Shown here piece by piece: positions 45,801-58,929 of a DNA stretch of 64,000 bases; positions within the stretch are counted from its first letter, which is position 1; each line of letters starts with the position of its first letter. This DNA comes from Octopus vulgaris. Lineage: Eukaryota. The stretch is from contig OX597832.1 of the NCBI GenBank assembly GCA_951406725.2, forward strand, positions 62,001-126,000. Reading direction: 5' to 3'. The notes beneath the pieces were generated by a model. The model was not told where the DNA came from. It saw only the letters and a program-made list of their open reading frames with translations, and made no database searches. A program made the translations under genes and the position numbers.

Positions 45801-46970
45801 GCAATCTTGTCAGTAATTCTGAAACAAGTCTGCAATCTCTTATCTCTGCATTTGACTTGGCTTATATTGATTTTGGCTTGACCATCAACTTGGAAAAAAA
45901 CAGTTGTAATGCATCAACCTGCGTGTGCTGCTGTTTGTAACCCCTCTAAAATTTTTGTTAAGGGTAAGTTACTTGAGGTTGTCGATTTGTTCATCTACCT
46001 TGGAAAGCTCTGTTCAAGATGATGGAAATCTTGATACAGAAATACATCTGCAAATTCAGAGGGCAGCAAAAGCATTTGGTGGTTTGGAGTCGCATGTTTT
46101 GTCCAGCAACATATAAATAAGAATCATTTGTCTTACCATGCCTGTTATATTCCTGTGAAACTTGGACTTGTTATGAAAGGCATTTTAAATTATTAGAACA
46201 AAAATGCCTTCATCGCATTTTAAAAATTAAATGGAGTTCTTTTACTCTAACCATAGATGTCCTTGCATCTGCAGGCATCACCTCAATTAAAGCTATAGAT
46301 TTGAGAAACCAAATAAGATGGTGTGGCCATATTGTTCAAATGGCAGATGAACGCTTGCTGAAACAGCTGTTTTATGGTGAGATTGCAGAGTGGAAATACT
46401 ATTGGCGTAAACCTAAAAAAAAAGGTTTAAGGACGGCTTAATGACTACTATAAAGTCACTTGTAATGGATCTAGAAGACATAGAAACCCTTGCTTCGGAT
46501 CAAGTTGGATGGCAAACAAATGTGTGGAGTCGAGTGAAAGCATTTGAAGAGGCCAGGATAACGCATGTAAGACTCAAAAGAGATCTAAGGAAGAATGTAA
46601 CAATCAAGAAGGTGAATGACAATGACCTTTTTGTGTGCACAGTCTGTGACTGATCATACGTGTCTTTTGTTGGGCTCAAATCTCATCTACGAACCCATGG
46701 ATAATGAACCTCCACCAACTATTCTGCTATCATATGTCTGTACACACCTTTGAATGCAGTTTATGCCAGAAGATTTGCAAATCCAACAGAGGCCTCAAGG
46801 GATATTTTAAGATCCACAAAGATGAGAACTTAGCTGCAGCTCCTGGTGGTCCAAATCAGATGTGCAATCTGTGTGGGTGTCTTTTCAGAACATTGTCTGG
46901 TTTAAAAAGCCATATGGTGCTAAGGTGTAGATACAGGAGGTGGTCAAACTCTGCATAAGGAGTAGATAAC
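42830..46970 (+). mobile_element. BovB-like RTE LINE, near full-length, decayed, with C-terminal C2H2 fingers
   Basis: GCWNVCTLLD..RPER, WMHPRSKH, WTDHHLV, SKAFDTVN and YADD (about 45788); three CxxC..H motifs at 46630-46915. Confidence 0.88.
45379..45642 (-). mobile_element. tRNA-derived SINE inserted in the RTE RT, 12-bp TSD
   Basis: TSD ATATACTTTGCT at 45367-45378 and 45643-45654; head GGAGGCGCGTGGCTTAGGGG..GGTTTCGATTCC. Confidence 0.88.
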
Positions 46971-47163
46971 CACCATGTATACATATATATACATATATGT
47001 ATGTATTCATATATATATATAGGTATTTATTTATATATATATATATGTATGTATTTATATATATATATCTATATATATATGACAATTGCAGCGTGCAAGG
47101 TGTTTGTAAGCCATTTAAGAAACACACAAAAGTCGTTCGATTCACTTCAACATTTAAGTTTAA

Positions 47164-47214
47164 TTTGTCAAAATATTTTCGTCGCTATAAGACCGCGACC
47201 TGTTCACTGACAAA
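47164..47214 (-). ncRNA. Minimal hammerhead variant with G3-C8 core
   Basis: TTTGTCA-GTGAACA-G-GTCGC..GCGAC-GAAAA-TA-TTT-TGACAAA: 7-bp stem I, 5-bp stem II, palindromic stem III. Confidence 0.6.
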
Positions 47215-47249
47215 AATCCGTGCTGCATCTGAGAAAGTAACAGTTCGTT

Positions 47250-48409
47250 ATATATATGTACGTATGTATGTGTGTATGTATGTATACACGCATGTATGCA
47301 TGCATACATGTATGTATGTATGTACGTACGCCTGTGTGTATGTATGTATGTGTGTGTGTGTGTGTATATGCACGCACATACACACTATAAACTTAAAGCT
47401 ATAAACCTGTAGTGATGGATAGATGTAGACTGACCACTCATCACAACAATATCAAATTTCAACCTCTACCGCCCCCCCTCCGCCAAAACTAGGAAGTGAT
47501 TTACAACCCTCACCACCAAGACAAAACTCTAAAACCTATTATCAGACATTTATCTCTATATCACAAAACTTTTGTTTTACTATTACTTATTTTTTTCTCT
47601 CCCTTACATCTAGTTAGTTCAGGTTATATATATATACACACGTATGTATGTGTGTATGCATGTACGTACGCATGTGCGTATGTATGTATACGTGCACGTA
47701 TGCATGTGCCTATATATGTGTGTGCATACATGTACGTGCATATGTACGTGTGTATGCCCATACGTAGGTATGTATGTATGTTTGTACTTATGTGCTACGT
47801 ATGTATGTGAGTATCTAGGAGAATGGGCAGACGCGTCTGTGTGTGTGTACATGTGTATGTATGTCTGTGTACTGGTATGTGTCCGTCCAAGTTGTGTACA
47901 TGACTGTTACTTTGTTGAAGGTTGTATATATACACACATATGTTTGTATAGACACACACACATATATATATGTGTTGGTGTGTGTTTGTTCCTCTCATCA
48001 TCGTCTAACTGTGAATGGGTACAACGTTTAGGTGCAACTGTGCATATATAACCATATATATATACGCAAGTACACACAATCATATAGACACACTCATAAA
48101 TATACATATAATCTTAAATTATATACTCATATATTCTTATCCACTTCTACATACATATGTCCTATTACACACATACACATACATAAACATACATATGCAC
48201 ACACACATGCACATACATACAAAATACGACACAGTATACAAGGGCAACGGTTAAAAATCGAACATGCATTATATTAACCTATCTGCTCTTTTTTCTTATT
48301 TTTAAAAAAATTTTATATATGCATAAATGCATACATATACAATACATACATACATCCATACATGCTCATATGTGCATTTTTTTTATAGCACCGCACACGC
48401 ACATATATA

Positions 48410-48445
<36 letters not shown>

Positions 48446-48490
48446 TGTATGTACGTATGTATGTATGTATGTATATGTGTATATAAATAT
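47250..48490. repeat. Degenerate (TG/TA/CA)n low-complexity tracts
   Basis: Direct reading. Confidence 0.85.
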
Positions 48491-49484
48491 ATATGTATTA
48501 GATCGTTAGCCACTACACATTCTTTATTTTCTCTCCTTGTTTCTTTCTGTGTTACTTTTTGTGGAAGAGCATAGACTTGAAACGTTAAAGACTTTTTCAC
48601 TTCCTGAGTGTTAAACTAATATATCTGTTTGTTGTCTACACCAGCTGTGTTCTTTTGTGAATTCTCCTTATATATATATATATATAAACTTGGAAATGGA
48701 TGTGTGGCTTTCAATCATTTAATAATACAAATAATATATATATATCTACATACATATATGTACATGCTTACATATATATGTATATACATATGCATATATG
48801 GGTACAGGACAACATGAAATATGAAAACATGGAATACAAACTTTTTTTGCGAACAGCGAAAGAAACAAATGGAAAACAAGACAAGTAACATAAAGAACAA
48901 CCCTTCATCAGTTGTCGGCTGTTTATCCATTCCACATTTCAAGCAATTATGACAAGATGTGTCTTTGAGAAAACAGTTGCTCCTGCAAAGCAAAATAAAA
49001 TTTGGCATTTGCAGAGGGTCAAAGTTGGTAACAAAAACAGGACAGTGAAAACAAACAGTAAGGGCTGCTAAGACATAACAGGGTAAGGTGGCGAACACTA
49101 GAGGAACAAGCTTTGACTGGAGGAAAGATAGGAGAGGAGACAGACAAGAATGCGTGTGATCTGTGTAGCAGATCAAAAGGAAAGAAAGAAGCTCAAGTTA
49201 GGAAAAGAAAGATGGCCGATGGTCATGTGTAAGCAGCGAGAGAGTAAAAGAGGAAGAGTGAGAAAGAGAGAGGGACAGATAGAGAATGGTGAAGGAAAAA
49301 TGAAAAGAATTAGAGACAGGATGATAGAGGAAAAAAAAAACAAAATGAGGAGAAGGGGAGATTAAAAGATTTAGAGAAAAGAGAGAGGAAACGAAAGGGG
49401 AGAAAAGAACAGTACAGAGAGTCGCATCAAAATTATTAAGATCAACTTATTTGGAAATGGATGTGTGGCATTCAGTCATATAAT

Positions 49485-49522
<38 letters not shown>

Positions 49523-49909
49523 TATATACATACAGATGTGTACATACTTACATATATATGTATATACATTTGCATATAGGAGTTCAGGACATCATAAAAT
49601 GTAAACAACATGAAATACAAAATACAAAATCATGGAATACAAACTTTTTTTGAAAAGAACAAAAGAAACAAATGGAAGACAGTATATATATATGGATGTA
49701 TATATAATATGTATGTGTATATATATATGCATCTATGTATGTATGTGTATGTGCGTATATATATGTGTGTGTAATAGACAGACCATATTTAAGTTCCAGG
49801 TATGTATGTGTGTATATATATAGTGAGAATTTATAAAAAATAAAGGATGAAGACGGGTGTGTAAACAACAAACATATGTATTAGTTTTACGCTTGGGAAG
49901 TGAGTAAGT

Positions 49910-49945
49910 CTTTTACATTTCGAGCCTACACTCTTCGACAGAAAG
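49910..49945 (-). ncRNA. Hammerhead-like motif (A6U variant) in a PLE terminal repeat
   Basis: CTTT-CTGTCGA-A-GAGT-GTAG-GCTC-GAAA-TG-TA-AAAG; related copies at 48555-48590 and 54519-54554. Confidence 0.5.
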
Positions 49946-50439
49946 GAACACAGAAATAAACAGGGAAAGAAAATAGAAAATGGTTTAGTGGCTAAGGAGT
50001 TGTCATGGCAAATGCAGGACAGAGGGGTCACACAGGAGAGCTAGGAAGAAGGGGAGATAACAAAGTAGTTGTGATCCCAAAACGACGGTGTGCATGCATG
50101 TGTATGTGGAAGGAGGTCGGTGACATTGACATGTGCGTGTGTGATGGTGTAGGTGCTGGAAAGTGGTCAGTGCTAGTGTGGGTGCTGGGAAGTGGTCATT
50201 GCTAGTGTGTGAGGGGTGGTGGGATGGGATGTATAGGTGCGGTGGGGTAACAAGGGAGAAGGTGGAAGAGGTGGGTAGGAGTGAAGAGAAGAGTAGGTGC
50301 CACAGCAAGAGAGACAAAAGAGATGTGGGTGGGAGGAAGTAGGTGTCAGAGGGAAAGAGGAGGAGGATCAGATGAAGAGGGAAAGAGAGTTGAGCCCATG
50401 TGGCGCAAAAGAGCAAAGAGAGAAGATTAATCCTTGCTC

Positions 50440-51002
50440 ACAGCGAAGATGGGTGTCTGGATGGCCCCTGTGCAAGAACAATCTGAACACCGACAGGTGT
50501 TGTAAAGAGTAACCGGTAGAGCGGAAATGGCGCGAGACCGGGGTGTTGTTGCTAAGTCAGATGTTTCGGAGGTGTTCTGCGAACCGGTCAGCCAAGCAGG
50601 GTCCCGTTTGTCCGATATATAGAGGACAGAGAGAGCAGGAGATGCAGCAGATGATGTTGCTAGAAGTGCAGGTAAAGGAGTCAGTGATATGATAGGGTCA
50701 ATGATGGGTGCCTGTGAGGAGGGTGGTGTTGGAGAGGTAAGGACAAGTATAGCAGCATAGGTGGGAGCAGGGGAACGAGCTGGGTTGGGAGGTTGGGTTA
50801 GGGAAGAAGCTGTGGACTGAGAGGTTTCATAGGTTTAGGGCTCGTTTGAAGGAGGGGAAGGGTCGAACTGGAGTTGCCGGAAGGCTGGGAGAATGGTGCA
50901 TTGGAGAGGTAGGGTGGTAGGGTGTTAGGTGAGTGGAAATAGGGACAGGTGCAGGGGGAGAGAGCAGATGCATGGTTCCCGGAACATGCTCTGACAAGGG
51001 TG
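50440..51002 (-). mobile_element. Penelope-like GIY-YIG fragment
   Basis: Minus-strand DSFTCTSSNIICCISCSLCPLYIGQTG..LADRFAEHLR. Confidence 0.75.
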
Positions 51003-53310
51003 GTGAACAGACCCTGTTCCACACACTTCTCCTGAAGCTGTCTAACTGAAAAGATCATATCAGCAGTGCCACGTTCCACACGAAAGCCAGATTGACTTTC
51101 TAGAAGAACACAATCTGCAACATGTTTCAGCAGACGATCCAGAAGTACCCTGCATAAAACCTTTCCTACGACAGAAAGCAATGATACTCCCCTATAATTA
51201 CCACAATCATTCCTGTTGCCCTTTCTCTTATACAAGACCACCATTACTGTATCTCTCCAGTCCTCAGGTACAGGTTCACTAGTCCATATCTTACCAAACA
51301 AAGAGTGAAGTTTCTGCAGAAGTTTCTCACCACCATGCTGTAACAACTTCGCATGTATGCCATCCATACCCGGAGACTTCCCATTATTCATCCTTGAGAC
51401 AGCCACTGCAACTTCTTCCAACTTTAGTGGTACCTTCACAGGTAATCCTAGGATGAGATTGGGAACATCCTCACTAACTACAGATTGCTGATTCAAAAGT
51501 TCATCAAAGTGTTCTTGCCACCTTCGCAGAATTCCGTGTGAATCACGAAGAAGTTCTTTACCATCCCTGCTTCGAAGTGGTGTCATCAGAGAAGACATTG
51601 GTCCATAAACTTCTCGCAAAAGACCATACAACAGCTTTGTGTTATTGGAATCCGATGCCACCTGTATCTCATCAACCCTCTTACTCCACCACGTATCCCT
51701 CATCTGAGAGAGTCTTTGCCTCACAAGTGACTTTACATCCTTGAGTTCCCTATGCAACACTACCCTTTCCTGTGGCTTTGCTGACAAATAGCGTGACAAA
51801 GTAGGTTTTTATCAGCCAATAAATCATCTATATGTTCATCATTTTCTTCAAACAAATCTTGATGCTTTCTTTGTATCAATCCCAGAACTTTCTTGCCTAT
51901 ATCATAAACTGACTTTTTAAGGATCGGCCAATCCTCCCCAATATCTGCAGCATTCATTTCCTCTTGTAAAGTTCTCTTCACACTATTACACCTAAGATGA
52001 TCAACATTCAGTCTTTTAGGCTTGGGTAATCCCTGCAGCTCAGATTTTATGTTTAGTGACTAATTTCACTTTTGCACGTACTAGGCGGTGGTCAGTCCAA
52101 CACTCAGCTCCACGAAGAACACGAACACACAGCACATCCTATCTGTCATGCACCCTAACAAGGATGTAATCCAGAATATGCCATTCTTTAGATGCAAGGT
52201 GCATCTATGTGGTCTTAAACTTATTCTTTTGTTGAAACATGGCATTGGTAACACACAGACGCAGCTCCTCACACATCTGCAGCAAAAGCATGCCATTACT
52301 ATTACACTTTCCCACCCCATGCTTTCCAATTACAGTCCATGTGTTAAAATCCCTACCCACTCTAGCATTAAAGTCACCCAGTACAATGACTTTGTCTGCC
52401 CGAGGGATATTTCTTATAATGCTCTTCAAAGCATGGTCGAAAGAAATTTTTTCGTCATCAGTATAGCACATAGTTGGAGCATACACACTCACCAAGGTCA
52501 CATAATTTCCTTTAACCGAAGGAATTCTCATGTTCATAAGGCGCTCATTAATTCCGACTGGAAATTCTTCCAACTTGTCCACAAGAGTAGTCTTAACAGC
52601 AAATACTACTCTAGCCTCTCCTCTAAACTCTTCATTCCTCCCTCTCCAAAAGAATGTATATTTTCCACAAGATTCTGTAAGATGACCATCTCCAGGTAAT
52701 CTCGTCTCAGATAAAGCAACGATGTCAAGATCATAGCGTTGAAGCTCCTTCGCAACAAGCGCAGTCCTTCTTTCAAGATATTCAGAGGACTTGCGGTCAA
52801 GCAGTGTCCATACATTCCAACAGCCAATATTCAATATTTTATTTGGATCTATCACAGTAGCATGATGATGGCCGGGTTCAGACTGTGATGCTTTGGAGCC
52901 CCTGCCGGGCCAGACTCTTTCATCTGATGTGGTTCCAGAGTCCTTACTGTGATTTATTTTTATACTGTTTTGGTATATCATTGATTATTTGCTTTTTAAG
53001 GCTACAGCCAGCCATTCAGTTGAGACTCACAGCACTATCAACAATCATGAATTAGTTAATCAATCAATCAATCAATGTTGTTATCGTGCAATGCCTGTGC
53101 AAGATTTTTTTTAAGTGAGGAAAGGCTGTGCACTGAGTCAATCCCACTCACTAAGCAACAGCAGCCATAATCCGAAAAGAACAAGTCAACATCATCGGTA
53201 ACCACTGAGCCACAGGTTTTTTTATGTCAGATATATCCCAGTTACCTGAGTTACCTTCTCCTTGAAGGATGCCCTAACAAAGGCTAGGAGTCATTCACTC
53301 CCAGTGGTTT
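51003..53310 (-). mobile_element. BovB-like RTE LINE, 5' half (endonuclease and start of RT)
   Basis: GCWNVWTLLD..ERRTALVAKEL..ALSETRL, LGDFNARVG, KSPGMDGI, NYRGVSLL, DMIFSVRQLQEKC; truncated at the PLE fragment. Confidence 0.88.
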
Positions 53311-53317
53311 AATCGTT

Positions 53318-54450
53318 TTGACGAAGAAATACGTGGGCCTTACAGAGGGTAATTTCAAGGCCAGGTTCAATAACCACACCTTGAGTTTTAGGCACTGGAA
53401 CAAAAGAAAAGCGACAAAATTATCCAATCATATTTGGTCATTAAAAGATAAAGGTGTCAATTACAGCATCCATTGGAAAATTTTGGCCAAAAATAAGCCC
53501 TACACCAACTGCAGCAGAAAGTGCGGTCTATGCAACATGGAGAGATGGCTTATCTGGAAGAGCAGCTTAGACCCTACTACATGTCTAAACTCAAGGACAG
53601 AACTTTTCGGATCATGCCCGAATGTAACAAAATTTTTGTTGCGTTTTTGGTCCCCCCAAGAATACAGATAGAACTTGCTTTCTATATTATGTCCAAAAAA
53701 GTTTTTTTATCTCATTATACCTTTTATTTTTTCATATATTTTTATATTTTCACACATAATAATTTTTTCTGTACTCTTCCATCCTGCATTTTTTCCTGTG
53801 CCTATATAGACGTGTATATAGATTCATTTGTACACGTGTGTGAATATGTATGAGTGTACGGGTATTTACATATATGGGCGTGTGTGTATGTGTGCATAAG
53901 GGCATGTCCGTATATGAACGTGGATTTTACGCTTTGTATACTTCCTTATGTTTTTTTCTGTATTGTTACCTTTAACCATGTTTCTTCTTGTGCTTGTGCG
54001 TTTATAGACGTATGTATGAACTTTTACGGTATGCGTGTGTGTGTATGAGTTTGTATATATATGCGTATACATTTGGCGAAAAATGCGAGTGAAGATGTGT
54101 ACGTTTTCATAGTGACATATAAGTACGCACGTGGGTGTGCGAGCGCACATGTGAGCGTATGAGTAGCCATGCTTACGTGTTTACTATGAACTTTTAATCT
54201 TAATTTATATAAGTAGTGGAATTATAACACAGTAATTTCCCTTTACATAACGGTATTTTTTCATAGTGTTTTTTCAGATGGCCAGATAACCGAAGAGATG
54301 GTGTTGTGGATTTCCACTTCGGCATCCGAAACTCAGAGTTTTATCTTGGCTATTGTATAATTGTCATATATTAATTTACAGATAAATTTCCTCTATTTAC
54401 ATAATATTGAGGTCTCTTTCTTTTGTTATCTTACCGTTTTCAAATTTACA
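53318..54450 (+). mobile_element. Penelope-like 3' fragment (GIY-YIG C-terminal half and terminal repeat)
   Basis: KYVGLTEGNFKARFNNH..TKLSNHIW..CGLCNMER..LNSRTEL followed by a hammerhead. Confidence 0.8.
54281..54350 (+). ncRNA. Hammerhead-like motif of the PLE terminal repeat
   Basis: AGATAA-CCGAAGA-GATG..CATC-C-GAAAC-TCAGA-GTT-TTATCT; U4C in the core. Confidence 0.6.
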
Positions 54451-54661
54451 AAAAAAATAAAAAGGAAGACTGGTGTAGGAACAAGTATTAGTTTAACACT
54501 TGGGAAGAATGGAAAAGTCTTTTACGTCTTGAGCCTACGCTGTTCAACAGAAAGGATTATGAGGAAAGAAAGGAGAGAGAATGAATAAAATGGTAAGAAA
54601 AAAAATGTGTAGGGATTAACAGTTCAACATGATGAAAAAATATATATATACATGTATGTAC

Positions 54662-57050
54662 ATCGTGATCATCATCATCATCATTAATTAATGTCCAGTT
54701 GGATGGTTTGATGTGGAGTTGGCTAGTGGGGAGCTGTCTGGATATTAACTGCCTGTTGTGGCATGGTTTCTGTGGCTGGATGCCCTTCCTAATGCCAACC
54801 ACTTAACAGAGTATGCTGTGTGCTTTTTATGTGTTACTTTATGTGTGGAAGACAGCGATTTTACTTAGCTTGATGTGTCTTATCAAGTACAGCAAATCAC
54901 CACATCTCCTGGTTCCTTGTCATTTCTGTAGTGTGTCCCAGCATCTGAAGATCTTTTCTCACCACTTCATCCCACATCTTCCTGGGTCCACCATTTCCAC
55001 AGGTACCCTCCACAATTAGAGCTCAGCACTTCTTTATGCAGCTGTCCTCATGCATACGCATCAAATGATCAAACCAGTGCAGTCTTCTCTCTTGCACACA
55101 GCATCTGATGGCCCTTATACACAGTTTTCCTCTTAAATCATTTACACACTGACATTACCCATCTGACAGAACATGTTGGCTTCATTTCTTTCAAGCCTTC
55201 ACAGAAGCTATTTACTTCTTCTAATGAACCACCTGAGCATTTGAAGGAGCCTGTCGTCTGTGTATTTTTAGTGTTTATTGTACCTGCACATTTGCCACAC
55301 ACACAAAGGCTATATTCTCTGTTAACCTTCCTTTGATACTGCTGCACCTCTTATGTGTCCAAAGCCTGCACTGGGTACAATGTATGGAATTTCTGCCAAC
55401 ATCCTTCTTACATATTGAGCTGGGCCATCTCCCAGAAGGGACTTATGGTCTGTCTGTTTTCCTACTTACTTAGACTTTGGTTTTTGCTAAATTTACCCTA
55501 AGGCCCTTAGATTCCAGACCTTGTTTCCACACCTGAAATTTTTTCTCTAGGTCAGGTAGTGAGTTCAGCTATAAGAACTAGGTCATCAGTATAGAAGAAC
55601 TGCCAGGGACAGCCAGTCTTGAATTCCTCTGTTAAGGCCTAAAAGACTAGGATAAATGGGGCTGAGAACTGAGCCTTGGTGGACTTCTACCTATACACTG
55701 AATTCATTACTATCCTCATTACCAACCTTCACCTTACTTGCAGCATCCCTGTACATGGCTTGTACTGCTCTCACTAACCACTCATCTATCCCTAGTTTCT
55801 GCATTGACAACCAGATAAGGGTTTTTGGCTAAATATTTCTCCTGCAGTTGCGTAACCAGGAATATAGGATCAGTCATGCTCCTACATGGAACAAGTCTGA
55901 GCTAGCTATTTCATACAATTTCCTGCTACCCTGACACTTCCAATTCTTCCAGACCTGTTTTCTCTAATGGCCCTGTCATCTACACTGTTCCATCACCATG
56001 TCACCTTAGGTCAAGAAGGAACTTTGCACCAGCCACAGATTTGTTCAGTAGCCCTCAGCAAGTTGTGCTGTAGGAACCTCCAGTTGTCCTCCATGTTGTA
56101 TGTCACTATATGTTCCTCTTTTTTGTCAAATGCTTCAAGTAACACATCTCTAAATCTCTGTTCGTTCAGAGCATACTGTTCGTCTTCTTGGCAGCTATTT
56201 AGCCCTGATCCCGAAGTTGCTAACAACTAACCTATGTTGTGGGACGTTTTCTTCACCTGGGAATGTTATGGCATTTATAAGCAGCCAACTTTCCCATTTT
56301 CTGGTGAGAATGTAGTTGATCTGACTAGTGTGCACACCCAATTGATAGGTGAACAGGTGATTGGCAGGTTTCCTATAGTATTGCAGATCATAAGAACATT
56401 TGCATTGCAAAATTCTAGTAGACTGGTTCCCTCATTATGAGAACCAAATCCATTGCCATCATGCATGCCATTGTAGCCACCTAGATGTTGCCCAACATGT
56501 CCATTAAAGTCGCCAACCACAAAGTGAAGGTCCCAATGAGGTGGTCTGCAAGAGGATGTCATAAAAATGGTCTTTCTGTTCATCATGTAGATTTGGCTGA
56601 GGGCATAGGCTGAGGTAATGGTTGTTGTTCCATGCTGCAACACTATTCTTAGCTTAAGTATTCTATCACACCTTGATTACCTTATCAACCCATTTCTCAG
56701 CTAGAAGTATGCCCATGCCTCCTACCCCATTACTAGTCCCTATCCAGAAGATTTTATACCTATATTCTTTGTTTGCGAGGAACCTAGCAGAACCTCCTCT
56801 CCACCTTCGTAGATGCAACACACATCTACATGCTTCCATTCAAGCATCTCAACAATCTCGCCAGACCTACCTTTCAATGTGTCTACATTACGTGTGCTAA
56901 CTCTGAGGGTGTAGAAAAGCGTGGGTCAGGAAGACACAGACGAGGGACAGCATTTTGCATCTGAAAATAAAGCTCGCATGTATGTTTCACAGGCATATTA
57001 TATAAGTACAAATAGGTTTCAACCTGCATTTACTTCACTGTCATTTTATT
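54662..57050 (-). mobile_element. Old RTE LINE (PHD-insert family) with internal deletions
   Basis: TLKGRSGEIVEML, VGDFNGHVG, PQHRLVV, EQICGWCKVPS and CVCGKC; (GAT)n tail. Confidence 0.85.
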
Positions 57051-57134
57051 CGCTTCACATTCACCAGCAGATAGCCACTAGACACAGATGGAAATGGGGA
57101 AGAGAGCATTCTGTATAGGTATCCAATAGAGGTA

Positions 57135-57240
57135 TTAGGAGAAAGACTGCTGGTAGAGATTCGAGGAGAAAGACTTCTGGTAGAGGCTCAAGGATAAAGA
57201 CTTCCAGTAGAGGTTCAAGAAGAAAGATTTCCCATACAGG
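57135..57240. repeat. ~27-bp tandem repeat
   Basis: AGAGGYTCAAGGAKAAAGACTTCYRGT units, about four copies. Confidence 0.7.
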
Positions 57241-57619
57241 TGGTGGGGGTGAGTTGGGCAGGTGCACCACAAATGACAAAACATCATGGCTGCCCTATTC
57301 GCTAGATAAGGCCATGTAAAATATCCAAACAAAAGCAAAAGCCATTATTTAACATGTAACATGGAAAAAGCAAGGATTCAGACATAATATGAGTAACATG
57401 GGAGAAGAAACAGAGTTGAACAGAAGAGAAGAAACAGATTTCTTAACTTCACTATAACATACAGCATAGGAATAGACGAAACTTTATAGATAATTAGATA
57501 GATAGATAAATAAATAATAATAATATGAGTGCTATAAAATGAGGTTAATAATACTAGATCAAACAAAGTTGCTTATCTGAACATTTCTTCTTTTGGGTCC
57601 TTTGGTATCTTATCATTTT

Positions 57620-58360
57620 ATATGATTTCAGGACCCAGTCCCAGTACCTTGCCCACCTGTTCATGCATCAAGGATACCCCTCAACCCTTATCCAACTTGC
57701 CCTTGCCTGAACTTATCGAATCGATTGCACCACCACCCTCTCTCCTTCCCCACAACAATTGCCTAACTGCACCCTCTTTCCCCTCCTTTTCCACACCTTC
57801 CACCCTACCCCTTCGTTGGAGGATCCTACGGGCCTTCCATTGTCTCCAGCTCGATCCCGCCACTCGTCCCATTTTCCCCAACCTACCCTTCTTTAAACGC
57901 ACCCAGAACTTACGTGATCTACTGGTCTGCAGCACCTTCTCTTCCCCCCACCCTGATCCTTCCTGTGCTCCAGATCCTGCTGACACACCTGCCCCTTCAT
58001 CACCAACACCATTTCCCTCACTGGTTCCAACCAGCACACTCTCCACATCACAAATTCCTTCTCTTGCACCCTTTCTAGTCTCATATACTGTATTAGATGC
58101 AACCTCCATATACCTCCACGCAACATACCCCCATGCAAACACTCACTACACACACGCTCATACATGCATACACACACATACATGTACACACACATACATG
58201 CACACACACACATACGCCCACACGTACATATCAATGCACATATACCTCACATTCGAACACCCCCGTCGCCTGGTCACGGATTCACACACTCGCAACTCAA
58301 CCTGGAACAGCGTTATATTTTTAATCTACGAACAACTATCCCCTTTGGACTAAACACAAC
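57620..58360 (+). mobile_element. Decayed Penelope-like fragment
   Basis: ILRAFHCLQLDPATRPIFP..FKRTQNLRDLLV, same family as 50440-51002. Confidence 0.55.
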
Positions 58361-58549
58361 CCCCACCTCCATATGACTGTCTCTACAACCTCCTGCAACA
58401 AAACAACTTTATTTCCTTTTATTTTGTTTTTAATTGTGCCATTTTATATTGTAATTAACTTCTTCTTTATCCCTTATCAACCTTATTTTATTATAATTTA
58501 GTATATTTTATTTCTATATACACACACACATACATGTACATATACACGC

Positions 58550-58927
58550 ACTGGGGAAGCACTCCGTCGGTTACGACGACGAGGGTTCCGGTTGATCCGA
58601 ATCAACGGAACAGCCTGCTCGTGAAATTAACGTGTAAGTGGCTGAGCACTCCACAGACACGTGTACCCCTAACGTAGTTCTCGGGGATATTCAGAGAGTG
58701 ACAAGGCCGGCCCTTTGAAATACAGGTACAACAGAAACAGGAAGTAAGAGTGAGAGAAAGTTGTGGTGAAAGAGTACAGCAGGGATCACCACCATGCCCT
58801 GCCGGAGCCTCGTGGAGCTTTAGGTGTTTTCGCTCAATAAACACTCACAACGCCCGGTCTGGGAATCGAAACCGCGATCCTATGACCGTGAGTCCGCTGC
58901 CCTAACCACTGGGCCATTGCGCCTCCA
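58550..58927 (-). mobile_element. tRNA-derived SINE, full-length and young-looking
   Basis: Head TGGAGGCGCAATGGCCCAGTGGTTAGGGCAGCGGACTC..GGTTTCGATTCCC with A and B boxes. Confidence 0.85.
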
Positions 58928-58929
58928 CT

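Noticed and set aside
48895-48920. CTGATGA on the minus strand as a hammerhead core
   Set aside because: No matching stem II-GAAA-stem III found at a plausible distance
58850-58927. tRNA gene
   Set aside because: A and B boxes are present but continue into a SINE body; no complete cloverleaf could be built
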